A DNA stretch of 63,946 nucleotides from Frankiaceae bacterium (GCA_017882785.1 JADGOV010000005.1:1-63946); one strand, 5' to 3'; counted from the first letter of the stretch, positions 35,802-45,808 are shown. Numbers and translations are program-made. The notes: generated by a model from the sequence alone, not told the origin.

Positions 35802-35928
35802 CAGCATGTGACGGCTGGCGAACGGTACGCCCGAATATCAGTAGGGATATCCTGCCCGTGCTCATGTGCGGAGGTAGAACGATCCCGCTGCGGCATCGTG
35901 TCGCCAGCGCTTCTTTATACCTGGGAGG

Positions 35929-36204
35929 ATGACGGCAGTGGTTGGGCTCATCATCGGATACATCATCACGGGCATCGTCATTGGCGCGGTGGCCCGGTTG
36001 GTGCTCCCCGGCCGGCAGAGCATCGGAATGATCCTCACCATCTGCCTCGGCATCGTGGGCGCTCTTGTCGGTGGCGCAGTCACCCGGGCCATCCTGGGCG
36101 ACGGGCACACCATCATCACCTTCATCGTCTCCATCGTGGTGGCAGCCATCCTCGTGTCGTTGGTCGCCGGCGGCCGCAGCAGGTCCGGAGCCGGCCGAGC
36201 CTGA
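35929..36204 (+). CDS. GlsB/YeaQ/YmgE stress membrane protein
   Basis: GIVIGAVARLVLPG...TICLGIVGALVGG. Confidence 0.88.
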   Translation: MTAVVGLIIGYIITGIVIGAVARLVLPGRQSIGMILTICLGIVGALVGGAVTRAILGDGHTIITFIVSIVVAAILVSLVAGGRSRSGAGRA

Positions 36205-36210
36205 ACGCCG

Positions 36211-36942
36211 CTAGGAGGACAGACCCAACGCGGCCATCCGGGTCGAGTGCTTCGCGGTGATGCGGGCGAACATCTGTCCCACCTCGGCGAGGTCCCCCGT
36301 ACCGCCGACGAGCAAGCGGGCGAGCGCCTCCCTGTCGACCGCGACCCGCTGGGCCTGCACCATCGCCTCGCCGACCAGTCGCCGGGCCCACAACGCCAGC
36401 CGTCCGGCCAGGTGCGGGTCCGCGGCGACTGCGGCGCGTACTCGTTCGACCGCGAACGCGGCGTGGCCGGTGTCCCGCAACACGTCGAGGACCAGGTCAC
36501 GGGTGGGCTCGTCGACGTAGGCGGCGACCTCGCGGTAGAAGTCGGCCGCGATGCCGTCGCCGACGTAGGCCTTGATCAGACCGGTCAGCCAGTCCGTCGG
36601 CATCGTGGCGCTGTGGAAGGCGTTCAACGGACCGACGAACGGTGCCATCGCCACATCCGGGTCGACGCCCAGCTCCTCGAGTCGGCCGGCGGCCCGCTGA
36701 AAATGCTGGAATTCGGCCACCGCCATGCCGGCGATCGCGGCCTTGTCCGAGAGCGTGGGCGCCAGCGTCGCGTCCTCGGCCAAGCGCTGGAATGCGCTGA
36801 GCTCGCCGTAGGCGAGCGCGGCCAGCAGGTCGACGACAGCCTCCTGTTCCACGGCGGAATCCCCGGCGGACGCCGGTTCAGCGGGGAGGGTGGCCGCCCC
36901 ACCGGGCGGGACGGGCTCTGTGGAATCCGACACGTCGGTCAT
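36211..36942 (-). CDS. Ferritin-like fold protein (Rv3210c-like)
   Basis: LAYGELSAF.RLAED, YVGDGIAADFYRE and RLALWARRLVGEA. Confidence 0.9.
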   Translation of the reverse strand: MTDVSDSTEPVPPGGAATLPAEPASAGDSAVEQEAVVDLLAALAYGELSAFQRLAEDATLAPTLSDKAAIAGMAVAEFQHFQRAAGRLEELGVDPDVAMAPFVGPLNAFHSATMPTDWLTGLIKAYVGDGIAADFYREVAAYVDEPTRDLVLDVLRDTGHAAFAVERVRAAVAADPHLAGRLALWARRLVGEAMVQAQRVAVDREALARLLVGGTGDLAEVGQMFARITAKHSTRMAALGLSS

Positions 36943-37120
36943 GTCGAGACCCTAACGAAGGGCGGCCCGTCCACAAGGCGGGTAGGATGATGTTCGTTAG
37001 AACTGCGGGGCCTCCCCGTCGAATGCCGCCGATCCCCCGGCGCCGGACATGCGGCGCGTGGGCGCGGACCGGAAACCTGGCCGACGGACGCCGGCTCCGC
37101 CTTCGGAGAGGCGTTTCGTC

Positions 37121-38674
37121 CTGACCACCTTCACAGACCTCGGGGTCGACACCGAGACCACCGAAGCCCTCGTCGGGCTCGGCATCGAGGAACCATTCAC
37201 CATCCAATCTCTGGCCATCCCGCTGGCTCTTGAGGGCCACGACCTCATCGGTCAGGCCCGAACCGGAACCGGCAAGACCCTCGCTTTCGGGCTCCCCGTG
37301 CTGGCGCGACTGACCCTCCCCGGCACCGGCCGGCCGCAGGCCCTCGTCGTCGCGCCGACCCGGGAGCTGGCCATCCAGGTCAGCGGTGACCTCGCCCGTG
37401 CCGGTGCGCACATCGGCGCGCGGGTGCTCACGGTCTACGGCGGCCGGTCCTACGAACCGCAGGTCGAGGCCCTACGGGCCGGGATCGACATCGTGGTCGG
37501 CACGCCGGGCCGACTGCTCGACCTGGCTCGGCAACGGGCCCTCGACCTCGGCGGCGTCGTGTCGCTCGTGCTCGACGAGGCCGACGAGATGCTCGACCTC
37601 GGCTTCCTGCCCGACGTGGAGCGGATCTTGGATCTGCTCGCTCCGGACCGGCAGACGATGTTGTTCTCGGCCACGATGCCGGCGGCCGTGGTGGCGCTGT
37701 CCCGGAAGTACCTGCGGCAGCCCACGCACGTCCGGGCCGAGGATCCTGACGAGAACCGCACGGTGCCCACGACGGCGCAGCACATCTTCCGAACGCACGC
37801 CATGGACAAGGACGAGCTCCTGGCCCGCGTCCTGCAGGCTCACGACCGGAGCCTGGCGATCGTGTTCTGTCGAACCAAACGATCCTGTGACAAGGTGGCG
37901 GCCGATCTCAGCTCGCGGGGGTTCGCCGCAGCCGCCGTCCACGGAGACCTCGGGCAGGGACAGCGAGAGCGGGCGTTGCGCGCCTTCCGGGCCGGGAAGA
38001 TCGATGTGCTCGTGGCCACCGACGTCGCCGCCCGCGGCATCGACGTGACCGGTGTCACGCATGTGATCAACTACACCTGCCCGGAGGATGAGAAGATCTA
38101 CCTGCACCGCATCGGACGCACCGGGCGGGCCGGCGGGGCCGGAATCGCGATCACCTTCGTCGACTGGGACGATGTCAGCCGGTGGAAGATGATCAACGAG
38201 GCGCTGGAGCTGCCGTTCCCCGACCCGCCGGAGACCTACTCCACCTCCGACCTCCTTTTCGAGACTCTCGACATTCCGCCGACGGCGGGCAGCCGCCTAC
38301 CCCGCGCGGCCCGTACCCGAGCCGGGCTGGAGGCGGAGACGCTGGAGGATCTCGGAGAGACCGGCCGCGTCCGCAGCCGCCGCGGTCCGAACCGTGACGA
38401 GGCCGTGGCACCGTCGCCTGCCCGACGGCCCAGTGGACGCCGGCGGCGAACCCGCGGCGGCCGTCACGGCGCAACCGGAGCCGGCGAAGCCTCCGCCGTC
38501 GGGGTCCCCACCGGCGCTCCGGACCCCCTCAGCGTCGCGGACCCCGGTGCCGCCGAGTCCGCATCCAGCGGCACTGGCAGCACAGCCGAGGGGCCGGGTG
38601 GGCGCACCCGACGGCGGCGTCGCCGTCGCCCCAGCGGCGGGTCCGCGGCCTCGCCAGAAGCCGCCTCGGCCTGA
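37121..38674 (+). CDS. DEAD-box RNA helicase (RhlE/Rv3211-like)
   Basis: GTGKT, PTRELA, DEAD, SAT and HRIGRTGR. Start is probably CTG 37121; alternative ATG 37049. Confidence 0.93.
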   Translation: MTTFTDLGVDTETTEALVGLGIEEPFTIQSLAIPLALEGHDLIGQARTGTGKTLAFGLPVLARLTLPGTGRPQALVVAPTRELAIQVSGDLARAGAHIGARVLTVYGGRSYEPQVEALRAGIDIVVGTPGRLLDLARQRALDLGGVVSLVLDEADEMLDLGFLPDVERILDLLAPDRQTMLFSATMPAAVVALSRKYLRQPTHVRAEDPDENRTVPTTAQHIFRTHAMDKDELLARVLQAHDRSLAIVFCRTKRSCDKVAADLSSRGFAAAAVHGDLGQGQRERALRAFRAGKIDVLVATDVAARGIDVTGVTHVINYTCPEDEKIYLHRIGRTGRAGGAGIAITFVDWDDVSRWKMINEALELPFPDPPETYSTSDLLFETLDIPPTAGSRLPRAARTRAGLEAETLEDLGETGRVRSRRGPNRDEAVAPSPARRPSGRRRRTRGGRHGATGAGEASAVGVPTGAPDPLSVADPGAAESASSGTGSTAEGPGGRTRRRRRRRPSGGSAASPEAASA

Positions 38675-38697
38675 TCGGGAAGGCGGTCCCCCGAGGA

Positions 38698-39003
38698 CTA
38701 CACGTGCAGGGACAGCCGGCTCCAGCCGAGCTGGTGGCAGGCGGGGCAGCGCATGAGTGAGGGGTAGTCCCGCCGCAACAACGGCACGTAGAGGCTCGGC
38801 AACAGAGCCCGCATGGCCTGCAGTGGCGACAGGCTGGTGATCTCCTGGCAGCGCGAGCAGGCCACAGTGATGGCGCCACGCACGGGCTCCGGCTCTATCC
38901 GGCTGAACAGCGCGCGCTTGCCTTCGGCATCTCGGATGACGTTGCTGGGTTCGGGCGTGGCGGGCAGGCGGGGGGTGCGTGGGCGCACCCGGTCGAGGCT
39001 CAC
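38698..39003 (-). CDS. Small CxxC/CxxC putative zinc-binding protein
   Basis: CSRC...CPAC; GTGA overlap with the parA stop. Confidence 0.7.
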   Translation of the reverse strand: MSLDRVRPRTPRLPATPEPSNVIRDAEGKRALFSRIEPEPVRGAITVACSRCQEITSLSPLQAMRALLPSLYVPLLRRDYPSLMRCPACHQLGWSRLSLHV

Positions 39004-39866
39004 GACGGTTGCCCGACCGGGGGTCGCGCCATCTCTGCCTGCGCCGGCGGCACGGTGAGCATCCTCGCCGGCTCCACGCGAGGCTCGGCGGCGGTTGCGG
39101 ACAGTGCCACCAATCGCCGCGCGAACACGCGGTATGCCTCAGCGCCCGGGCTGCGAGCCGCTGTCCGCAGAATCGAGCGTCCGGCTGCCGGCGCCTCGGC
39201 GAACCGCACAGACTTGGCGATCGGCGGGTCCAGCACGTCCAGGGCGTAGCGCATGCTGACATCGGCCAACACCTCACGGGCGTGGTTGATCCGACTGTCG
39301 TAGAGCGTGGGCAGGACGCCGAGCACGTGCAGTCCACGGTTGGTCAGCCGCTGGACGTCGTGCACGGTGTCGAGCAACTGCCCGACGCCGCGGTGGGACA
39401 GGGTCTCGCACTGCAGCGGAACGAGGACGTCATCCGCGGCCGTGAGCGCGTTGATCGTCAGTACGCCCAGCGACGGCGGGCAGTCCAACAGGATGTCGTC
39501 GTAGTCACCCAGGAGATCCGCCAGTGCCATCCGCAGCGCGAACTCCCGGCCGGTGCGGGTCAACAGCATCGCCTCCGAGCCGGCCAGGTCGATGGTCGAG
39601 GGCAGCAGGTCAGGGCCGTCATCGGTGGACTGCACGGCCATCGCGGCCGGGATCCGACCCAACAGGACGTCATGCACCGACAGGTCGAGCGCATCCGGGT
39701 CGAGGCCGAGGGAGAACGTCAGGCAGGCCTGCGGATCGAGGTCGACGAGCAGGACGGCGCGGCCCATTTCCGACAAGGCGGCACCGAGCGAGGCCACGGT
39801 GGTCGTCTTGGCCACGCCGCCCTTTTGGTTGGCTACGGCTATGGTCCGGGCGGTGGAGCGAGTCAT
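39000..39866 (-). CDS. Orphan ParA/Soj-family ATPase (Rv3213c-like)
   Basis: NQKGGVAKTT, DLDPQ and DCPPSLG. Confidence 0.93.
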   Translation of the reverse strand: MTRSTARTIAVANQKGGVAKTTTVASLGAALSEMGRAVLLVDLDPQACLTFSLGLDPDALDLSVHDVLLGRIPAAMAVQSTDDGPDLLPSTIDLAGSEAMLLTRTGREFALRMALADLLGDYDDILLDCPPSLGVLTINALTAADDVLVPLQCETLSHRGVGQLLDTVHDVQRLTNRGLHVLGVLPTLYDSRINHAREVLADVSMRYALDVLDPPIAKSVRFAEAPAAGRSILRTAARSPGAEAYRVFARRLVALSATAAEPRVEPARMLTVPPAQAEMARPPVGQPS

Positions 39867-40157
39867 CGCAAACCCCGAGGAGAGCGGAAAGCGCCGGCGG
39901 GCCGGCTGGAGTGGTCCAGTGCGCCGAGTGCAACCGAAATGATCGGCGCGGTATCCATGAAACGGGGAACGCACCTCGATCGGTGTAACAGCGGCGCGAA
40001 CACTGTGTGAATGCGAACACGGCGTGAGCACGTTGTGGCCTGACATGGGGAGAGCTGTGCGAAACAACCGACCTGGTGGCCGGAAATCCAGCGTCACCAC
40101 GATCCGCGGTCTCGCCATTGACGATATCGCGGATGCGGGCCGTAGGCTCGGCATCCG

Positions 40158-41033
40158 ATGAGCGTTCCGCTAAGTCCGCAGCTGCCCCCGGGCAGCACGC
40201 GGCTGTCGCTGCCCACCGAGGGTGGCCTCCTGGCCGCTGTTCGGATCGACCCGCCACCGGGCATTGCCGTGCGACGTGAGGTCCTGCTGGTGCCCGGCTT
40301 CACCGGCAGCAAGGAGGATTTCGCCGCCGTGCTGGGACCGATCGCGGCGGCCGGTCATGCCGTAACAGCCATCGACCAGCGGGGGCAACTCGACTCGGGC
40401 GGCTTGGCGGAGGACGAGGCGGCGTATGGCGTCACGGCGCTCGCCGCCGACGTCGTGCAGATCCTCTCGTCCATGCGGCGCCCGGTGCACCTGCTCGGTC
40501 ATTCCTACGGCGGCCTGGTGACCCGAGCCGCGACCCTGACCGCACCGGGGCTGGTCACCACGCTGACCCTGCTCGGCTCCGGTCCGGCAGGCATTCCCCC
40601 GCCGGCTGCGGACCGACTCCGGTATCTGCGGCCGGTGCTCGACCGCGGCGGGGTGGCCGCGGTGTGGGCGGCGAAGGAGGCGTTGGACGCGGCCGAACCC
40701 GGCTACGTCGCTCCCGGGCCCGAGTTGGCCAGCTTCCTACGCCGACGTTACCTCGCGATGTCTCCCGCATGTCTGGGCGGCATGGCCCAAGGGTTGCTCG
40801 ACGAGCCGGATCGGGTGGCCGACCTCGTCGCAACCGAGGTACCCGTCCTGGTCCTGCACGGTGTCGATGACGACGCCTGGCCGCCGGCGGTTCAGGCCGA
40901 GATGGCGCAGCGGCTGGGCGCCCGCTACGACGTCGTCCCGGCCGCGGTGCACTCCCCGGCGGCAGAGAACCCGTCGGCCACCGTGGCGGTCCTATGTGAC
41001 TTCTGGCGGTCGCATGACGGGGCACGTGGGTAG
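40158..41033 (+). CDS. Alpha/beta hydrolase
   Basis: PGFTGSKEDF, GHSYGG and HSPA. Confidence 0.9.
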   Translation: MSVPLSPQLPPGSTRLSLPTEGGLLAAVRIDPPPGIAVRREVLLVPGFTGSKEDFAAVLGPIAAAGHAVTAIDQRGQLDSGGLAEDEAAYGVTALAADVVQILSSMRRPVHLLGHSYGGLVTRAATLTAPGLVTTLTLLGSGPAGIPPPAADRLRYLRPVLDRGGVAAVWAAKEALDAAEPGYVAPGPELASFLRRRYLAMSPACLGGMAQGLLDEPDRVADLVATEVPVLVLHGVDDDAWPPAVQAEMAQRLGARYDVVPAAVHSPAAENPSATVAVLCDFWRSHDGARG

Positions 41034-41078
41034 ATACTAAGTCGTGCAGAGGTTGGGCGTAGCGACTGGTCTCCTCCG

Positions 41079-41939
41079 GTGAGCGCCGCGGCCTGGGCGG
41101 ATCTCGATCTCGGCCCAGATCCCGGAATCTTCGGGCCGGGGAGCGTCACGTGGCGCGTCCACTCCGATCCGTCGATGGCGCTGGGTGGGTTCCGTGCCCT
41201 GCTCCTGCAGGCCGTCCACCCGCGCACGATGGCCGGCTTCGCGGCCAACTCCTCCTGGCAGGACGACCCGTGGGGCCGGTTGCGGCGTACGGCCGAGTAC
41301 CTCGCCACTGTGGCGTTCGGCACCACCGCCGAGGCCGAGGCGGCCGGCGCGCACCTGCGCGCGATCCACCGGCGACTGTCACCCGGTGTCGACCCGGACA
41401 CCGGGTCCCGGTTCCGGCTCGACTCCCCCGACCTGCTGCTCTGGGTGCACGTCACAGAGGTGGAGTCCTTCCTGTCCACCTACCGGCGCTGCGGCGGCCC
41501 GCTGTCGGATGCCGAGGCCGACCGCTACGTCGATGAGATGCGCCGCTCTGCGCAGTTGGTCGGCCTCTACCCGGACGAGGTCCCCGGCAGTGTGGCCGAG
41601 ATCGAGGAGTACTACCGCGGCGTCCGCCCGCAGCTTCGGGTCACCCCCACCGCCTGGCGCAATGTGGGGCAGATCTTCGCTCCGCCGATGCCCTCCCGCG
41701 TCGTCGTGCTGACCCCGGCCCGTCCGGCGTGGGCCTCCTTGATCGGCCTGTCCGCCGCCCTCCTGCCGCGCTGGGCCCGCCGGCTCTACCACCTGCCGGG
41801 CTGGCCCACCACCGACCTGACCGCGACGCTGGCTGCCCGGGCCCTTCGGACCGCGACGCTGACGATGCCGGCGCGGGTCCGGCAGAGCCCCTATCACCGG
41901 GCGGCGCTGCAGCGGGTGGGCATCCCGCAGGGGACCTGA
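41079..41939 (+). CDS. Oxygenase MpaB (DUF2236) family protein
   Basis: FGPGSVTWRVH, ALLLQAVHP, RLRRT and LLWVH. Confidence 0.9.
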   Translation: MSAAAWADLDLGPDPGIFGPGSVTWRVHSDPSMALGGFRALLLQAVHPRTMAGFAANSSWQDDPWGRLRRTAEYLATVAFGTTAEAEAAGAHLRAIHRRLSPGVDPDTGSRFRLDSPDLLLWVHVTEVESFLSTYRRCGGPLSDAEADRYVDEMRRSAQLVGLYPDEVPGSVAEIEEYYRGVRPQLRVTPTAWRNVGQIFAPPMPSRVVVLTPARPAWASLIGLSAALLPRWARRLYHLPGWPTTDLTATLAARALRTATLTMPARVRQSPYHRAALQRVGIPQGT

Positions 41940-42143
41940 GCGGAATGCCGTGGCGATGTCGTAGCGTTGTCGCCAGAGACGCCGGCCCGATCCAGGCCCC
42001 CGGTCCCAACTCTGTCGCTTCGAGCGACGCATCGCCGTGAGGCGACCCGGCGGGTCGGCGTCTCTTCTCCTCCAGGGGACACCATGGGACGAGCACTGGA
42101 CGAGCTTTCGGACCAGACTTCCGACCAGCATGGGAAGGGTGTC

Positions 42144-42497
42144 GTGACCGATCCGAACCCACCGCGTTGCCGTCCGCTGGCACCGGAGGTGGTCGAGGCC
42201 GCCGCGGACGTGGGGGACGGCACGCCCGATGCCGAGTTGTTGGACCGGTTGGAGGAGGCGCTGGCTCAGCTGCCGTCACCGGAGCGGGCCGCAGTGGTCA
42301 CCACTCTCGGCTACGGGGAGGACGTCGCCGCCGTCGCCGCCGACCTGCGCCTGCCCTCGGCGGAGACCGAGGTCCTCATCCGCAGCGCCCTGCAACTCCT
42401 CCGCGGCGCGCTGGCCGATACCGAGCCGGCTGACGGCCAACTCTTCGCGCGCGTGGGCCGCCGGCGCAGCACAACGGGACGCCGCGGAGCGGACTGA
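42144..42497 (+). CDS. Small sigma-70 region 4-like HTH protein
   Basis: LEEALAQLPSPERAAV...AVAADL...SALQLLR. Confidence 0.6.
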   Translation: MTDPNPPRCRPLAPEVVEAAADVGDGTPDAELLDRLEEALAQLPSPERAAVVTTLGYGEDVAAVAADLRLPSAETEVLIRSALQLLRGALADTEPADGQLFARVGRRRSTTGRRGAD

Positions 42498-42517
42498 GCG
42501 CGCTGGCCGTCGGCGAC

Positions 42518-43342
42518 TCAGCGGGTGAACGGGGCTGATCCGGTGGCCGCGGACACCAGAGCCGCGTACACCTCCGGGTCGGTGGTCTCCGAGCCGAGTG
42601 ACACATCCTTGCGCGTGCCGTGATAATCACTGCCGCCAGTGGCGAACAGGCCGAGATCGGCAGCGAGGCTCCGCAACCGGCGCCTGGTGCTCGCGTCATG
42701 CTCCGGGTGATCCACCTCGAGTGCCTGCAACCCGGCCCCGGCCATTCGGGACAACGTGTCGTCCGACGTCCCCTTGCGTCCGCCCGGATGGGCGCAGATC
42801 GCGACGCCCCCCGCGGCCCGCACCAGTGCCACCACATGCGCCGGGTCGAAGCTCGGCTTGCCGACGTAGGCCGGGCCGCCGTACCCCAGCCATCGATCGC
42901 TGAACGCCTCGGCATAGCTGGCGGCGCCGGTGTCGACCAGCGCGGCGGCGACGTGCGGCCGGCCCACCGGGGCGCCCCGCGCGATGGCCTGAACGGCCCC
43001 CCACTCCACCGGCACGCCCATGGCCTGCAGCTGAATCACCATCCGCCGTCCCCGACCGTCCCGCGACGTGCGCAATCGGGCCAACTCAGCGGCAAGCGCC
43101 GGTTCGGCCGGGTTGTAGAGGTAGGCGAGCAGGTGGACGTGCTGGGCACAGGAGATCTCCGCGCCGGGCACCAGGCTCAGACCTGCCGGCAGTGCGGCGG
43201 CGGCCTCGGCGACGCCGGCGTCGGTCTCATGGTCGGTGAGTGCCACGACCGCCAGCCCGGCTGAGGCGGCCCGCCGGACCAACGACGCCGGCGAGTCGGT
43301 GCCGTCGGATGCGGTGCTGTGGGTGTGCAGGTCGATGCGCAG
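42518..43342 (-). CDS. PHP-domain phosphoesterase
   Basis: RIDLHTHSTASDG, ALTDH, EISC, RPHVA, AHP and GGSDYHG. Needs a non-canonical CTG start at 43342. Confidence 0.9.
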   Translation of the reverse strand: MRIDLHTHSTASDGTDSPASLVRRAASAGLAVVALTDHETDAGVAEAAAALPAGLSLVPGAEISCAQHVHLLAYLYNPAEPALAAELARLRTSRDGRGRRMVIQLQAMGVPVEWGAVQAIARGAPVGRPHVAAALVDTGAASYAEAFSDRWLGYGGPAYVGKPSFDPAHVVALVRAAGGVAICAHPGGRKGTSDDTLSRMAGAGLQALEVDHPEHDASTRRRLRSLAADLGLFATGGSDYHGTRKDVSLGSETTDPEVYAALVSAATGSAPFTR

Positions 43343-43357
43343 GATGTGCCTCGACGC

Positions 43358-44014
43358 TCAGGCAGCCGGCCGGGGCGGGACCAGGCGGGGCGACAGCGCC
43401 CCGTACGGCAGGCTCTCGGCCAGGGCGGGCCATTCCCGCAGATCCGCCAACCGCAACTCCTCCAGCATCAGCACACCCGCCTCGAGCGGCCAGAGTACCG
43501 CCCACAGCCACAGACCCATGCCCTCCCCGACGAAGGCCGCGCAGGCGCTACTCGTCGGCAGCGACCACAGCGCCGTCGGGTGGCCGGCGGCTTCGACCCG
43601 AGCGTGCGGCGCACCCGTGTCGAAGCCTTCACCCGGGTCAGGGCCCGCGAGACCGGCATAGGCCGCGCCCAGGCCCACCCCCGGCTCCTCGGCGACCAGC
43701 AGGAACTCCGCCGGTCCGCCCAGCGGAGCGGGACCGGACAACGCCAGCACCGTCGCCTGCACCCCTTGGCGCTCGTCCCCGGCGGCACCGACGCCGGAGA
43801 CGAGCCAGCCCGACGGCTGGGGCGTGGGGACCCAGAGCGGCACCGCCGCGTTCGCCGCAGTCTGCTGCAGTCCCTCGGCGCCGATGCGGGGCAACGCCCG
43901 GAAGGGCAGCACGGCGCCGTGCGTCTGACACTGCCAGTCCTTCGACCACAGCCCCGGAGGTCGCAGCGGACTGGCACACCGCGGGCAGGTCGGCTCCGGC
44001 CTCATACCGATCAC
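43358..44014 (-). CDS. Conserved actinobacterial protein (DUF6758-like)
   Basis: CPRC...C..HG.V.P, VAEEPGVGLGA and GHPT.LW. Confidence 0.85.
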   Translation of the reverse strand: MIGMRPEPTCPRCASPLRPPGLWSKDWQCQTHGAVLPFRALPRIGAEGLQQTAANAAVPLWVPTPQPSGWLVSGVGAAGDERQGVQATVLALSGPAPLGGPAEFLLVAEEPGVGLGAAYAGLAGPDPGEGFDTGAPHARVEAAGHPTALWSLPTSSACAAFVGEGMGLWLWAVLWPLEAGVLMLEELRLADLREWPALAESLPYGALSPRLVPPRPAA

Positions 44015-44106
44015 GGTGAGGCTCCGGATCCCGACTCGTCAAGCCCTGGGAACCCTCGGCGGCGAAGCCGGCCCGGGTCGGCGACAGCGCGCCGTACGGT
44101 GGCGTC

Positions 44107-44496
44107 ATGGTGCCGGACCTGCTCCCCTGCGTCGGGGCGGTGATTGTCGACCAAGCGGGCCGACTGCTGCTCGTGCAGCGCGCCCATCCGCCCTCACGCG
44201 GCCGATGGACGGTACCTGGCGGGCGGGTGGAATCGGGCGAGACCCTGCCCGAGGCGACCGCCCGAGAGGTCGCCGAAGAGACGGGTTTGACCGTGTCCGT
44301 CGGCTGTCTTCTCGCCGTCGTGGACATCGACGGGACGTACCGGGTGCACGATTTCGCCGCTACCGTCACGGGCGGCACCCTGGCGCCGGCTGACGACGCG
44401 CTGGACGCGCGGTGGTGCAGCCCGCAGGAGGTGCTGGCCATCCCGACGACCCCGGGTCTGGTCGTCGAGTTACGCCGGATGGGCGTTCCGCTGTGA
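44107..44496 (+). CDS. NUDIX hydrolase
   Basis: PGGRVESGE...REVAEETG. Confidence 0.9.
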   Translation: MVPDLLPCVGAVIVDQAGRLLLVQRAHPPSRGRWTVPGGRVESGETLPEATAREVAEETGLTVSVGCLLAVVDIDGTYRVHDFAATVTGGTLAPADDALDARWCSPQEVLAIPTTPGLVVELRRMGVPL

Positions 44497-44503
44497 GCCG
44501 GTT

Positions 44504-45010
44504 TCAGCCAGCGATCGGTTCGGGGCGGCCCGGTTGCTCACCGCCGCGGGTCTCACCGTAGGACCGCTTGGGCACCATCACCTTGCGCCGGAAGATGCAC
44601 ACCATCGTGCCGTCCTGGTTGTAGCCGCGGGTCTCGACGTAGACCACCCCACGGTCGTCCCGGGACTTCGACTCCGTCTTGCCCAGCACCGTGGTCTCGC
44701 CGTAGATGGTGTCCCCGTGAAACGTCGGCGCCACATGCCGCAACGACTCGACCTCGAGGTTGGCGATGGCCTTGCCGGAGACGTCGGGCACCGACATGCC
44801 GAGTAGTAGGGAGTAGATGTAGTTGCCGACGACCACGTTGCGCTTGAAGTCGGTGGCCTTCTCCGCATAGTTGAGATCCAGGTGCAGCGGATGGTGATTC
44901 ATCGTGATCAAGCAGAAGAGGTGGTCGTCGTACTCGGTCACCGTCTTGCCGGGCCAGTGCTTGTAGACCGCACCGACCTCGAACTCTTCGTAGTAACGCC
45001 CGAATTGCAC
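44504..45010 (-). CDS. MaoC-family dehydratase
   Basis: FGRYYEEF, DDHLFC..TMNHHPLH and PTFHGDT. Confidence 0.92.
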   Translation of the reverse strand: MQFGRYYEEFEVGAVYKHWPGKTVTEYDDHLFCLITMNHHPLHLDLNYAEKATDFKRNVVVGNYIYSLLLGMSVPDVSGKAIANLEVESLRHVAPTFHGDTIYGETTVLGKTESKSRDDRGVVYVETRGYNQDGTMVCIFRRKVMVPKRSYGETRGGEQPGRPEPIAG

Positions 45011-45052
45011 GCGCTCTCTCCGTCCTGTCGTTGGGGGCCCTATCCTGCCGCA

Positions 45053-45808
45053 GTGACGGATTGGGGCTTCTGGCAGGCAAGTTGGGACGAGCAGCAGGAG
45101 TCCTACCTGCCCGACCGCGAGGAGCGGCTCGCCGCGATGCTCGATGCCGTCGAGGGCGTCGTCGGCTCCGCCCCCCGGGTGCTCGACCTGGCGTGCGGAC
45201 CGGCCTCGATCACCACTCGGGTGCTGGCGCGGTTTCCCTCCGCCACCGTAGTCGGCGTCGACGTCGATCCCGTGCTGTTGGCGATCGCTCGCGGAGTGCA
45301 CGCCGCGGACGGGCGGGTCAGCTTCGTCGCCGCCGACCTGCGGGAACCGGACTGGGCGCAGGCGGTGCCGCACGAGAAGGGCTTTGACGCGGTCCTCACC
45401 GCGACGGCGCTGCACTGGCTGGCCGAGCCGGACCTCACGCGGCTCTACGCGGACCTCGCCCGGTTGGTCCGCGCCGGGGGCATCTACTGCAACGCTGACC
45501 ACATGCCGTTGGTAGGAGCCCCCCGGCTCTCCGCCGCGGTGAACGCGGCCACGGTGCGTTTGCAGGAGCAGGCCCGCGCCGCCTCCGGTGCCCTGGACTG
45601 GGACAGCTGGTGGGCGGCCGCTGCCGCCGAGCCGGCGCTGGCGGAGCTCATGATCGAGCGCGGTGGACTGTTCGAGGGGACGGGCCACCCGGTCGAGTTC
45701 ACCCCCCCGGCGACATGGCATGTCACCCGGCTGCGTCACGGCGGCTTCGCCGAGGCGGCCGTCATCTGGCGCGACCGCGCGGACGGCGTCATCGCCGCCG
45801 TCCGGTAG
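45053..45808 (+). CDS. Class I SAM-dependent methyltransferase
   Basis: WD.QQ..YLPDREER, VLDLACG and FDAVLTATALHW. Confidence 0.9.
   Translation: MTDWGFWQASWDEQQESYLPDREERLAAMLDAVEGVVGSAPRVLDLACGPASITTRVLARFPSATVVGVDVDPVLLAIARGVHAADGRVSFVAADLREPDWAQAVPHEKGFDAVLTATALHWLAEPDLTRLYADLARLVRAGGIYCNADHMPLVGAPRLSAAVNAATVRLQEQARAASGALDWDSWWAAAAAEPALAELMIERGGLFEGTGHPVEFTPPATWHVTRLRHGGFAEAAVIWRDRADGVIAAVR

Noticed and set aside
44504-45739. 411-aa extended MaoC
   Set aside because: The extension is antisense to the methyltransferase; MaoC homology starts at GTG 45010.
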